From contig JBLIRF010000002.1 of the NCBI GenBank assembly GCA_049472175.1, positions 1 to 33,893 on the forward strand: a stretch of DNA of 33,893 nucleotides, read 5' to 3'. The notes under the pieces are model-generated. The model ran no database searches. It saw only the letters and a program-made list of their open reading frames with translations, and was not told the origin of the DNA. The translations under genes and the position numbers were made by a program. This document shows, one piece after another, positions 23,145-32,529 of this stretch. The stretch's first letter is position 1. Every line of letters starts with the position of its first letter. This stretch comes from Thermoplasmatota archaeon. GTDB lineage: Archaea > Thermoplasmatota > Penumbrarchaeia > Penumbrarchaeales > Penumbrarchaeaceae.

Positions 23145-23317
23145 CTCGTACAGATGGGTCTATGGAGGATTTAAACCTGTCGATATTAGAGGAATTGAAG
23201 CCGATATTTTCCACTTTTATAAGAAATTCATTAAAAATATTAAAAATTTTGTAAATATCTCTGATATTTACACCATAAAGGATAAATATCGTCGTTGTCT
23301 CCGGTTTTCTGGAGAAC
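23145..23317. promoter_or_regulatory. AT-rich divergent control region (regulator / RND exporter)
   Basis: This is the most AT-rich stretch of the window. TATA-like gtttaaatcc (minus strand, 23168-23177) lies about 25 nt from TTG 23144. TATA-like aaaggataaatatc (about 23277-23290) lies about 30 nt from ATG 23318. GATATT occurs three times, at 23182, 23203 and 23263. Confidence 0.5.
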
Positions 23318-26062
23318 ATGATGATGGCAAGAACAGGCAAGCGGATCAGGGAAACCGGTATCGACGCTCCAGGGAAGGGCGGGATCGGCGATTCGATCAT
23401 GAGATACCACTCCGATCTTGTGACCGGGCACCCGTTGTTGTCTGTGCTCCTAATTCTCCTCATAACGGCCGCCTCGATCGGGGCGATGGCCCTATTTGGA
23501 GTGGACAACACTACAGACGAGGATACGTTCAGCCCCGATCTCGAGATATCGAAGATGAACTACGAGATGAGCGACAGGTTCGTGGACTCGTACTCCTTCA
23601 TGACACTTGTTCGCGGTCCCACGGATGAAGATACCGTGGTCACGCCGGGGGCTTTCGCTGATATGTTGAGTATGGAGCAGCATGTTCTGGCAGACCCCCA
23701 GGTCCGGGAGTGGCTGTACGATCAGGAGGAGGCAGAGGCCAATGTGTATTCTCCCGCGAGCATGGTCGGGAACTTCCTGATGACAGCAGTCAAGATGCAG
23801 ATGGGCTTGAACGACACATCTTCCACGCTCCAGGAGCAGATGGACATGTTCTCCAACATGGACCAGGATGAGTTCGAAGCCAGGCTCCGGTTCCTGTACG
23901 ACCCTGCCCTGAACAACGGTTCTGTTCCGACCTACTTCACCTCCTCACTTAGGTTCATGTTCACGAAGGGCTTCGATCCGGCGAACGGGAAGTTCGATTC
24001 CCTGGGCTGCATGGTAATAATAAATTTCAAACCCGATATGGCCGACCTTCAGAACTCCACACTGGAGAAACACATCTCCGAAATCATTGTGGAAGGACCG
24101 GGAGGTGAGGGCTACCAGTACATACGTCCGGGACCCTTTGCCATGAAGGTCATTGCCCAGGAGATCATGGATTCGTCCCTGGCCTCCATGGCAATTATAC
24201 TTCCCATTGCATTCCTTCTTGTGGCCGTGATCCTTGCTATCACCTACCGGGACATCTTCGATATCATCATAAGCCTGACCGCTCTGGGTATGGCCGTCAT
24301 ATGGATGTACGGTTTCGGGTCCGTGATGGGATTGAACTTCAATGCAATGACCACGGCAGTGCCGGTACTGCTCGTGGGCCTTGGTATCGACTACGGCATC
24401 CACGTTACCATGAGGTACCGGGAGGAGGTGGGCAAAGGAAGAAAGATAGACGGGGCTCTCAGGTCGACCATCATCTCCGTGGGTACCGCATTGGGTCTTG
24501 CCACGGTTACCACTGCGATCTCGTTCCTTTCCAACCTCTTCTCGCCAATGGAGGTCTTCAGGACCTTTGGCGTGCTGGCCGTGGCGGGAATAATATCCTC
24601 CTTCATCACCATGACCGTCTTCGTCCCAGGGGCCAAGCAGCTCAAGGACTCATGGTCCCAGAAGAAGGGATGGAAGCTGTGGATGGGGCAGAGGAGAAAG
24701 GACCTGGACAGTGACCCTTCGGCCTTGAAGAAGGTGGTACGGAGGATGGAGCGAGGTATAACCCTTGTAGGAGCTTCCGGTGCCATAGCGGCAAAGAAGG
24801 CGCCCTCGATCATCATCATCGGAGCGCTGATGATCACACTCTTTGGAGCCTACGGATGGACTCAGGTGGGAACGCAGTTCGACTTCCGCGATTTCCTGCC
24901 CGAGGACCTCCAGATCAGCAGGGATATCAAATTCATGCTCTCGGAATTCGAGCTCACTGAAAGCAGCGCGGCGATCTATTTCAAGGGAGACATAGCACAG
25001 CCGGAGGTCTTCTGCACTCTGGAGGAAGTGAACATGGAGCTCGCTGACACACCGCATGTTGCCATGGAGGGTTCCAGACCCAAGACCGAGAGCGTTTTGA
25101 CCATGTTCCACGACCTGGCACATTATACTGGAGCGGAAGGAGTGTCTGACTATATCTTCGACCCGGTCTTCATGGTTCAATATGATCTGTATTTCAATTC
25201 AACCACCAAGATGCCTCTTCCAGGAACATCGGCCGCTGACATCGAGGGTATGATGGATTACATAATGGAGAAGGATCCATCCCTGGGATCGTCATTCCTC
25301 TGGAAGGACCCGAAAACGGGCAGGTTCGCAGCGTCACTGATGCGGGTGGACGTATCCATTGACATGTTCGACGAGGAAGGGCTGGACCGACTCCTGGCGG
25401 ACATGACGGAGGACATGGGACCCCTGAAGGAATCCCCTTACATCATGTACTCAATAGTCACCGGGGGGCCGGTGGTGACCAACGAGATACTGCAGGCCAT
25501 CAATGGCACACAGATGAGGTCGATCATCATAACGATGGTCGCCTCCGCTGCTGTCATGTTCCTGGTGTTCATTTTCGAGACCAGGACATTGAAACTGGAC
25601 CCAGCCAGATGGTTTGTCTTCGGTGGTACCCTCGGCCTTCTGACCATGGTGCCAGTAATGCTCTGCATGGTGTGGATCATGGGTTCGATGTACCTGATGG
25701 ATATGAACCTTGACGTCATGTCGATATCCATCACCGCCCTTACCATCGGGCTGGGCATAACGTACGGGATCCACTACACCCATAGGTTCCTGGAGGACCT
25801 GCAGAAGCACAAGAACGTCCATAATGCCCTCCGTGAGACCTCGGAGCACAGCGGATTGGCCCTTCTCGGTGCGGCTTCCACGACGATCGCAGCCTTCGGT
25901 ATGCTTTACTTCTCGCTCCTACCCCCTCTCAAGAGCTTCGGCTTGCTGGTGGCGCTTACAATATTCTACAGCCTGTTCTCCGCGGTGATGATACTCCCCA
26001 GCATGCTTGCGGTATGGGGGAAGTTGCTGGGAAATAGAGGGTGCCTGGCAGAAGACCGTTGA
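23318..26062 (+). CDS. RND-superfamily exporter, MMPL/HAE3-like (12-TM, two large loops)
   Basis: The duplicated signature appears as GLGIDYGIHVTMRYREE and GLGITYGIHYTHRFLED, each within a TM bundle preceded by a large soluble loop. An alternative start is ATG 23399. Confidence 0.88.
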   Translation: MMMARTGKRIRETGIDAPGKGGIGDSIMRYHSDLVTGHPLLSVLLILLITAASIGAMALFGVDNTTDEDTFSPDLEISKMNYEMSDRFVDSYSFMTLVRGPTDEDTVVTPGAFADMLSMEQHVLADPQVREWLYDQEEAEANVYSPASMVGNFLMTAVKMQMGLNDTSSTLQEQMDMFSNMDQDEFEARLRFLYDPALNNGSVPTYFTSSLRFMFTKGFDPANGKFDSLGCMVIINFKPDMADLQNSTLEKHISEIIVEGPGGEGYQYIRPGPFAMKVIAQEIMDSSLASMAIILPIAFLLVAVILAITYRDIFDIIISLTALGMAVIWMYGFGSVMGLNFNAMTTAVPVLLVGLGIDYGIHVTMRYREEVGKGRKIDGALRSTIISVGTALGLATVTTAISFLSNLFSPMEVFRTFGVLAVAGIISSFITMTVFVPGAKQLKDSWSQKKGWKLWMGQRRKDLDSDPSALKKVVRRMERGITLVGASGAIAAKKAPSIIIIGALMITLFGAYGWTQVGTQFDFRDFLPEDLQISRDIKFMLSEFELTESSAAIYFKGDIAQPEVFCTLEEVNMELADTPHVAMEGSRPKTESVLTMFHDLAHYTGAEGVSDYIFDPVFMVQYDLYFNSTTKMPLPGTSAADIEGMMDYIMEKDPSLGSSFLWKDPKTGRFAASLMRVDVSIDMFDEEGLDRLLADMTEDMGPLKESPYIMYSIVTGGPVVTNEILQAINGTQMRSIIITMVASAAVMFLVFIFETRTLKLDPARWFVFGGTLGLLTMVPVMLCMVWIMGSMYLMDMNLDVMSISITALTIGLGITYGIHYTHRFLEDLQKHKNVHNALRETSEHSGLALLGAASTTIAAFGMLYFSLLPPLKSFGLLVALTIFYSLFSAVMILPSMLAVWGKLLGNRGCLAEDR

Positions 26063-26149
26063 CGGAAGCGGGCAGGGACGGATGACCGGGATGTTGATCT
26101 TGCGGACCTGGATGATCCATCGGGGTACAGGTTAAATAATCACTTGGTC

Positions 26150-27877
26150 ATGCCGACCCTCATGCTCGTTCTGGGCATAGAATCCACCGCACATACGTTC
26201 GGGGCCGGTGTCGTCAGGGACGGCTCCATCCTGTCCAATGTCAGGGATATGTACCTTCCGGAAGAAGGTGGTATCCACCCTAGAGAGGCAGCCGACCACC
26301 ATGTCAGGATAGGAAGCGGTATCATCAAAAAAGCACTCGAAGAGGCAGCTGTGAACGAAAGCGCCCTCGATCTGGTATCATTCTCGAAAGGTCCCGGTCT
26401 CGGACCCTGTTTAAGGGTCGGGGCAACCATCGCCAGGGTCCTGTCGCTCAAGAACTCGATCCCCATCATGGGGGTCAATCACTGCGTTGCCCATCTGGAG
26501 ATAGGTTCTCTCCTCGGAGCCGAGGACCCAGTGCTGCTCTATGTTTCCGGGGGCAACACGCAGATCATAGCTTTCGTCAAGGGCAGGTACCGGGTCCTTG
26601 GTGAGACTCTCGACATCGGTATCGGGAACATGCTGGACAAACTTGGCAGGGAAATGGGAATGGCCTTTCCGGCTGGACCCCGGATCGAGAGGCTGGCCAG
26701 AGGTGAGACCGATCCTGCTCTATCCGGGAAGGGGGTTCGGGAAACAAAGCTCCTGGACCTTCCGTACTCGGTTAAGGGGATGGATATCTCCTTTTCCGGT
26801 ATCATGACGGCTGCGCTTGCCCTCAGAAGGAAGGGAGTTTCTGTGAATTCAATATGCCATTCTGTCCAGGAGACCTGTTTTTCCATGCTCTGCGAGGTAA
26901 CGGAAAGGGCAATGGCCCATATCGGATGCGACGAGGTGCTGCTGGGAGGTGGTGTTGCCTGCAATTCAAGGTTGAGAAAGATGGTGGAAATCATGGCGGG
27001 GGAGAGAGGCGGGAAAAGCTATTCCCCGCCCCCGTCACTGGCTGTTGACAATGGTGCCATGATCGCCTATCTCGGGGAGCGGATGCATGAAGGAGGCATC
27101 TCGCACTCCATGGAAGATACGGTGATCGATCAGAGGTTCAGGACCGACATGGTCGATGTCACATGGAAGGCAAGCAGAGAGATCGGAATTATAGAGACCC
27201 CCGGAACGGCCTCCCTCGAAGTGGGGCAGGCTGCGGCTCCTGGAACGGTACTGGGAAGAGGGGCGGAGGCGTTGATAACTGCCGAGGATTTCGGTGGCAT
27301 CCCCGTGGTCAGGAAGTTCAGGTTCCCCAAAGGATACAGGCTTCCTGGGATGGAGGAGAAAATCACGCCCTATCGTATAAGGAACGAGGCAAGGATGCTC
27401 AACGCCATTCGGTCGTTCGGGATCAGGACACCCTACGTTATTGATGTGGACATGCACCGAAACTCCCTTGTTATGGAAATGCTCAAGGGTCCTAGGTTGG
27501 CTCGACTTCTCAACGTCATGGACCCCGAAGACCAGAGTTGGGCACTCAGGGAGATGGGTATTATTGTGGGGAGGATGCATCGGAACAATATAGTTCACGG
27601 AGACCTCACGACCTCGAACTTCATACTCATGGAAGATGGCGAAAGGCCCATACTCGGACTGATCGACTGCTCCCTGTCTGAGAGATCGGCCGAGGTCGAG
27701 AAGAAAGGTGTGGATCTGAGGCTCTTTTTCGAGGTTTTCTCATCCACGCATGAAGGACTGATGGACAGGGAAGAGGATTTCTGGAAGGGATACTGCCTGG
27801 AGAACCCCGATGCGGATAAGGTCCGACTTAAGCTTCTGGACATAAATATCAGAGGAAGGTACATGAGTGACAGGTGA
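26150..27877 (+). CDS. kae1: Bifunctional Kae1-Bud32 fusion (tRNA t6A synthesis: N6-L-threonylcarbamoyladenine synthase / Bud32 kinase)
   Basis: The Kae1 part contains LGIESTAHTFGAG, NHCVAHLE and VSGGNTQ. The Bud32 part contains RGAEALI and VHGDLTTSNFIL. The track start at 26144 is TTG; the ATGs are at 26150 and 26162. Confidence 0.93.
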   Translation: MPTLMLVLGIESTAHTFGAGVVRDGSILSNVRDMYLPEEGGIHPREAADHHVRIGSGIIKKALEEAAVNESALDLVSFSKGPGLGPCLRVGATIARVLSLKNSIPIMGVNHCVAHLEIGSLLGAEDPVLLYVSGGNTQIIAFVKGRYRVLGETLDIGIGNMLDKLGREMGMAFPAGPRIERLARGETDPALSGKGVRETKLLDLPYSVKGMDISFSGIMTAALALRRKGVSVNSICHSVQETCFSMLCEVTERAMAHIGCDEVLLGGGVACNSRLRKMVEIMAGERGGKSYSPPPSLAVDNGAMIAYLGERMHEGGISHSMEDTVIDQRFRTDMVDVTWKASREIGIIETPGTASLEVGQAAAPGTVLGRGAEALITAEDFGGIPVVRKFRFPKGYRLPGMEEKITPYRIRNEARMLNAIRSFGIRTPYVIDVDMHRNSLVMEMLKGPRLARLLNVMDPEDQSWALREMGIIVGRMHRNNIVHGDLTTSNFILMEDGERPILGLIDCSLSERSAEVEKKGVDLRLFFEVFSSTHEGLMDREEDFWKGYCLENPDADKVRLKLLDINIRGRYMSDR

Positions 27878-27879
27878 GG

Positions 27880-28455
27880 ATGATGAAGGATCCGAGGACC
27901 ATCTATCTGCTGACGCGAAATAACGGGAAGCTCAAGGAGATCGGAAGATGGCTTCAGCCTCTTGGGGTTGAGGTGAAGCTTCTGGAAAGGACCTTTCTGG
28001 AGGCTCAGGCGGATTATCTTGAAGAGGTCATTCTGACCGGTATGGAGTTGATGGACAGGGAGGGGGGTATCCAGGACCCCTTTATCAAGGATGATTCTGG
28101 TCTCTTCATCGAGGCCCTCAACGGTTTCCCCGGAGTATATTCGGAGTACGTTCAAAGAACGATCGGGAATAAGGGCATACTCTCACTGATGAAGGATCTT
28201 ACCAACAGGCGGGCATATTTCAGGACGGTCATAGGATTCTACCAGCCCGGAGAGGGTGTGAGCCTGTTGAGAGGTGAGTGCCCGGGGGCAATATCCTTCG
28301 AGGAAAGGGGAAAGCAGGGTTTCGGTTATGACCCGATATTCATCCCTCAGGGAGATGAGAGGACATTTGCCGAGATGTCGGTTGATGAAAAGAACGGCCT
28401 GAGCCACAGGATCAAGGCCGTAAAGGGTCTTGTGGATATGCTTTTAAGGGAATGA
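27880..28455 (+). CDS. Non-canonical purine NTP pyrophosphatase (HAM1/RdgB family)
   Basis: LLTRNNGKLKEI, KDDSGLFIEALNGFPGVYS, GFGYDPIF and SHRIKA are present. The start region overlaps the kae1-bud32 stop (GTG 27874, ATG 27880 or 27883). Confidence 0.88.
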   Translation: MMKDPRTIYLLTRNNGKLKEIGRWLQPLGVEVKLLERTFLEAQADYLEEVILTGMELMDREGGIQDPFIKDDSGLFIEALNGFPGVYSEYVQRTIGNKGILSLMKDLTNRRAYFRTVIGFYQPGEGVSLLRGECPGAISFEERGKQGFGYDPIFIPQGDERTFAEMSVDEKNGLSHRIKAVKGLVDMLLRE

Positions 28456-28490
28456 AGGAAAAGAAATACAGAGTATTGGTCAGGGTCATT

Positions 28491-28802
28491 CTACTGAATG
28501 GCAGCCTCTTGAAGGAGCTGGACCACATCATCTTTCATGCCTGCCTGCTCGGCTTGTTCTTCGAGCTCCATGATCCTCTGTTTGTGTGCACGGAGCTGGG
28601 AAAGTACCTCGCCGAAGCATAAGACCTCGGATTTGGTTACCTGCCGGACGGGTACTCTTTCCAGTGCAAGGTCATCCAGGGGGATGTCATATTTCAAATT
28701 GCAGAACATCACAACGGCTTCCTCATCCCCCGTATGGAAACCAAGTGTCTTGTGAGATGATATCTGATACACCCTGTATATGATAATACTCCGAGTGGTC
28801 AT
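28491..28802 (-). CDS. Hypothetical protein (103 aa), no recognised family
   Basis: ATG start. TATA-like ggttatatattc (minus strand, 28821-28832) lies about 20-30 nt upstream. The amino-acid composition is protein-like and there is a C-terminal amphipathic helix (LSQLRAHKQRIMELEEQAEQAG). Confidence 0.5.
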   Translation of the reverse strand: MTTRSIIIYRVYQISSHKTLGFHTGDEEAVVMFCNLKYDIPLDDLALERVPVRQVTKSEVLCFGEVLSQLRAHKQRIMELEEQAEQAGMKDDVVQLLQEAAIQ

Positions 28803-28991
28803 TGTCTATCATCCCTCGTAGAATATATAACCTCATTATCGGGGACATCCCGAGGGCATCCCTCGCATCCTCAGGGGTTTGAAGGGGAGTTAATGTACAT
28901 ATCTTACGGCTTTGATAGAAGAAAATACCATGAAAAAATGATATTGTGTTGAATATGATTAAATATGTTTCCTGATATAGTCCGCTTGTAG

Positions 28992-30077
28992 ATGAAAACC
29001 CTTATACTTTGCGTGGACCGGGACGACGACCTGGGAGAGAAAGGCAAGGTCACAAGCCCCGTAATAGGAAGAAAGAACAACCTGAAGGCCCTCATAGCTC
29101 TGGGCATCGAGGACCCTGAAGATTCCGATGCGAACGTCATGCTCATGGGTCTGAAGCTCTATAAAAAGTACAGAGAAATGGGAAGGGAAGTGGAGATAGC
29201 GACCATCTGCGGTGACAAGATGGTCGGGATACAGTCCGATGCGAACCTGATCAGGCAGTTCTACGGTGTCATCGAACAGTTCACCCCCGATACTGTGGTG
29301 CTTGTTTCCGACGGGGCGGAGGACGAGATAATCCTCCCTTTGATCTCGCAGAGGGTTCAGATAGAGCATATCGCCCGCGTCGTCGTGAAACAGCAGCAGA
29401 ACCTGGAGTCCACCTATTACATAATCATGTCAGCGTTCAAGAACCCCAAGATCGGAAAGAAGATAATCGTACCTATCGCCCTTATGCTGATCATGTGGGG
29501 CATCCTAATGATCCTGGGCAAGTGGGAGATCTCCATAGGTTTGATGATAACCGCCCTGGCGACCTTTCTCATGATCAAGGCCCTCAATATCGAGGACCAG
29601 GTCTCGAAAGTGTCCGATGACATGCGGGATGCCCTGCGTACCCGCAGGTATCTACTTTTCATGGGTGTGTTCCTGACGCTCGGTCTTGTCCTCACGGGTT
29701 TTGTCCTGAGCTTTCTGAGCGCCAGAAAGGAGGAGGAGGTCCCCAGGTTCATCTTCGAGTTCCTTGATTCCGCATGGATATGGATCATTCTGGCGGCACT
29801 GTCCTATACCATGGGAAGCGCCCTCGACACATACGTCAGGACGAACAGGTTCATAAGGTCGACCTGGGTCATGCTGCTATCCCTTGCAGCGATCTATTTC
29901 ATAGCAAGTACTGCATTCAATTTCGTCGGTTACATAGGGTTCGGCCGTGGTTTTGACGTCACCGAGAACCTTATCTTCATGTTCATCGGGGTTTTTCTCC
30001 TCCTCGTTGGGGGCATAGCATATACTTACAACCGGTCCAAGACCGGTGGGAGAGGGAGGACCAGCTGGCTCCGCTAG
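28992..30077 (+). CDS. DUF373-like archaeal membrane protein
   Basis: MKTLILCVDRDDDLGEKGKVTSPVIGRKNNL...EDPEDSDANVML forms a soluble N-domain. It is followed by about 7 TM helices. TATA-like gattaaatatg (28957-28967) lies 25 nt before the ATG. Confidence 0.68.
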   Translation: MKTLILCVDRDDDLGEKGKVTSPVIGRKNNLKALIALGIEDPEDSDANVMLMGLKLYKKYREMGREVEIATICGDKMVGIQSDANLIRQFYGVIEQFTPDTVVLVSDGAEDEIILPLISQRVQIEHIARVVVKQQQNLESTYYIIMSAFKNPKIGKKIIVPIALMLIMWGILMILGKWEISIGLMITALATFLMIKALNIEDQVSKVSDDMRDALRTRRYLLFMGVFLTLGLVLTGFVLSFLSARKEEEVPRFIFEFLDSAWIWIILAALSYTMGSALDTYVRTNRFIRSTWVMLLSLAAIYFIASTAFNFVGYIGFGRGFDVTENLIFMFIGVFLLLVGGIAYTYNRSKTGGRGRTSWLR

Positions 30078-30087
30078 GAGGGGGCGT

Positions 30088-30870
30088 ATGGAGGTCATCT
30101 ACTGGATCCCTTACTACGAACAGATCGCAAGTGACCTGGGTCTCGATCGGGACGGGGACATTATGGCCTCGAACATCCTTTCCGAACTTCTGACCATGAA
30201 CGGCAGACTTCATCCCAAGAGCGAGATCGTTCTGGAACTGGAACGATTGATCGAAAGCAGGGATGTATACGTTCTGGGAGCGGGACCGGACCTGGAAATT
30301 GAATTGGACCGCCTGATCGGGGAGAAGACAGTAGGGGGAAAATGGACAGGTCTCTCCACAGGGAAGGATGTATTGATATCTGCTGACGGTGCGACCTCGG
30401 CCCTCCTTGCAAGATCGATCGTACCCCATATTATCGTAACCGACCTCGATGGAGGGGTCGAAGACCAGATACAATGCCTCTCTCGGGGGTCCCTTATGGT
30501 CGTACATGCTCATGGTGACAACATCAATATATTGAAGAAGGTGGTCCCGAGGTTGTTCGGCAGCGTGCTTGGGACAACCCAGGTGCGTCCAGCAGTGGAA
30601 GGACCGCTCGAGAACTATGGAGGGTTCACCGACGGTGACAGGGCTGCCTTCCTTGCCCAGCATTTCAGGGCACGGTCCATTACTCTCCTGGGTTTCAATT
30701 TCAATGAAGTTGCACCGAAGATAGGTGACGGAGGCCTGAGATCGGAGTCCCTTGATCCGGAGGAGAACGAGTTCAAGTGGAAGAAACTGGCGTGGGCGAA
30801 CATTCTGCTGGGGCTCATCACCAATCCCGCTGTTAGGATATACAGCGGAGGTGATTTGATGAGGTTCTAA
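30088..30870 (+). CDS. mptE: MptE-like 6-hydroxymethylpterin diphosphokinase (DUF115 family)
   Basis: The track start at 30046 overlaps the upstream gene. ATG 30088 is preceded by GGAGG (30077-30081). YVLGAGPDLE, ISADGATSALL, PHIIVTDLDG and VVHAHGDN match the DUF115/MptE pattern. Confidence 0.68.
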   Translation: MEVIYWIPYYEQIASDLGLDRDGDIMASNILSELLTMNGRLHPKSEIVLELERLIESRDVYVLGAGPDLEIELDRLIGEKTVGGKWTGLSTGKDVLISADGATSALLARSIVPHIIVTDLDGGVEDQIQCLSRGSLMVVHAHGDNINILKKVVPRLFGSVLGTTQVRPAVEGPLENYGGFTDGDRAAFLAQHFRARSITLLGFNFNEVAPKIGDGGLRSESLDPEENEFKWKKLAWANILLGLITNPAVRIYSGGDLMRF

Positions 30871-31050
30871 CCTGGAGCGGGTTGGCAAATCGACCGTTGC
30901 TGATGAAACCTTATTTCAATTCTTTATGACCAATATACAAGTTTTTCAGATGATCGTCTATGGATCAGTTCAGGGTCTCTTCGATCTCCAATTTCGGCCG
31001 GGAGACGCACTTGCCAATATCCCTGGGTCCAGCAGTGCCGCCCCAACAAG

Positions 31051-31060
31051 ATTTAAATAT
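31051..31060 (+). promoter_or_regulatory. TATA-like box for rpl40e
   Basis: atttaaatat ends 34 nt upstream of ATG 31095. Confidence 0.45.
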
Positions 31061-31094
31061 GGAGATAGGTTAGCCCCCACACCCGGTGATGCTG

Positions 31095-31262
31095 ATGGCA
31101 AAGAGCTTGGACCCCGAGGTCAGGGCAATAGTCGAGAAGCGCAGACTTCTCAGAAAGATCTGCATGAGATGTTATGCCAGGAACGCAGTAAAGGCCCAGC
31201 AGTGTCGCAAGTGCGGATACAAAGGTCTTCGGATGAAGGCCAAGGAATCCAGAGGCGGATAG
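31095..31262 (+). CDS. rpl40e: 50S ribosomal protein L40e
   Basis: 55 aa and missing from the ORF track. The sequence is [55 protein letters not shown]. The CxxC...CxxC ribbon and basic tail are typical of L40e. It replaces the out-of-frame ORF 30926..31324. Confidence 0.88.
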   Translation: MAKSLDPEVRAIVEKRRLLRKICMRCYARNAVKAQQCRKCGYKGLRMKAKESRGG

Positions 31263-31320
31263 GCCCTCGTTCCCGGTCCGAGGGCAAGTTTTTCATTGTT
31301 GCTGAATGTTACCCTGTAGA

Positions 31321-31719
31321 ATGAAGGAACTCTACCTCTCATCAAGGGTCGACATCCTTCGAAAGGTCAATATGGACACTGGCAGAAGGGTCGCATTCGT
31401 GAGTGTACCACGGGAATTCAGGGATTGGATGGAGAAGACCCTGCCGATGGACGCCTGTGTTGTGGATGAACCGGGAGAAATTCCCGGGGGGAGCAGCTTC
31501 GAAATACTGGTCTACTGGGAAGAGGGAGAGGTCAGGGTGGAGAGGATAGAATATCTTGCCCGCTTCCTATCGGACGAAGGGGACCTCTGGGTGATAGCAC
31601 CGCATGGTCCGGGATGGGAGAGACTCTTGAGGGTCTACAGGGTGAAGGAGGATCTCATCCTGAAACTGACACCAACAAGGGACCTTATCCCTGTGATCCT
31701 TGCATCCAGGGATCAGTAA
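31321..31719 (+). CDS. Hypothetical protein (about 132 aa), weak DUF3052-like pattern
   Basis: The first ATG is at 31321 (MKELYLSS...); 31306 gives a slightly longer version. VAFVSVP...FEILVYWEEGEV...LSDEGDLWVIAP is an alternating beta/alpha pattern. The 3' end overlaps the rnhB 3' end by 7 nt in convergent orientation. Confidence 0.5.
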   Translation: MKELYLSSRVDILRKVNMDTGRRVAFVSVPREFRDWMEKTLPMDACVVDEPGEIPGGSSFEILVYWEEGEVRVERIEYLARFLSDEGDLWVIAPHGPGWERLLRVYRVKEDLILKLTPTRDLIPVILASRDQ

Positions 31720-32441
31720 TCGAAAAGGGTTCTCTGAGCAGCAACTGCTGTAATTTTCCTGCATGTGTCCCACGATGCCCTTGCAAATGGTGGGAAGCAT
31801 GCGTTCTTCCTGCAATGTTCAATAAGGAATTCCCGTGTTGTGTCATCGCTCGGATAACCGCTGCCGATGTCCACCCCCGCCTCCTGTGATATCTTCCTGA
31901 TCGTCCTGTCCCTGACAACCTTTGCGAGGATAGAAGCGGCCCCGACGACCGGGTGTTCCCTGTCGGCCTTGTGCCTTGCTATTATGGCCGCCCCTTCCGC
32001 GCCGATGAACCTCCGGATCTCAGCGGACACTCTGCTCCCGAAGCGCTCCTCGTTCACGTCTGCAGCATCCAGGATAATTCGATCGACCCCCGATCCGTCT
32101 CCCTTCAGGCTCATTTCGACATCTCCCGGGATCGATGGGTGCCTGAAGGAGCGGCCGGTAAGGATGGAGATAATGACCGACGAGAAACACAGCACCTCCA
32201 GGTCGTTCAGGTTCATTTCCGACCTTGAGATATCGATGGTCGAAGCAGGCACCGACATTATACAGTGATAGTACGCCGTTTCGAGCTTGCTGTACAAAGC
32301 TTCCCTGCGGTCAGGGGACAGCTCTTTGGAGTCCCTGACCCCGAGCTCCCTTAGTACTTCCTGGTCGTTGCATACAAGCCCACCTATCACAAGCGGACCG
32401 AGGACAGGCCCCCTCCCTGCCTCATCGACCCCTAGGAACAT
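31713..32441 (-). CDS. rnhB: Ribonuclease HII
   Basis: MFLGVDEAGRGPVLGPLVIGG carries the DEAGRG catalytic motif. ILDAADV and KADREHPVVGAASILAKV are also present. Confidence 0.92.
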   Translation of the reverse strand: MFLGVDEAGRGPVLGPLVIGGLVCNDQEVLRELGVRDSKELSPDRREALYSKLETAYYHCIMSVPASTIDISRSEMNLNDLEVLCFSSVIISILTGRSFRHPSIPGDVEMSLKGDGSGVDRIILDAADVNEERFGSRVSAEIRRFIGAEGAAIIARHKADREHPVVGAASILAKVVRDRTIRKISQEAGVDIGSGYPSDDTTREFLIEHCRKNACFPPFARASWDTCRKITAVAAQRTLFDY

Positions 32442-32529
32442 GAGGGGGGAAGTGTTCTGTTAGGTGATATTATTTCTCGAAGCAACTCCATCCCCAAAGT
32501 AATAATAATCATTATACAATCCAAATCCG

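Noticed and set aside
22174-23511. ORFs 22174..22911 (+), 22455..23174 (+) and 22681..23511 (-), competing with the 388-aa regulator and the RND start
   Set aside because: The regulator frame shows an internally consistent duplication and an Lrp-like pattern. The competitors are S/R/P-rich. ORF 22681..23511 would span the AT-rich divergent promoter and run antisense into the RND gene.
30898-30960. Possible C/D-box sRNA (TGATGA at 30901-30906); also ATGATGA at 23316 and on the minus strand near 11717
   Set aside because: No properly spaced CUGA D or D' boxes, no terminal stem, and no C' box at the expected 12-nt guide spacing. The downstream candidates read CAGA, not CUGA.
30926-31324. 132-aa + strand ORF
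   Set aside because: It fully overlaps the unmistakable L40e gene in a different frame. Its composition is G/R/S/P-rich with no motifs.
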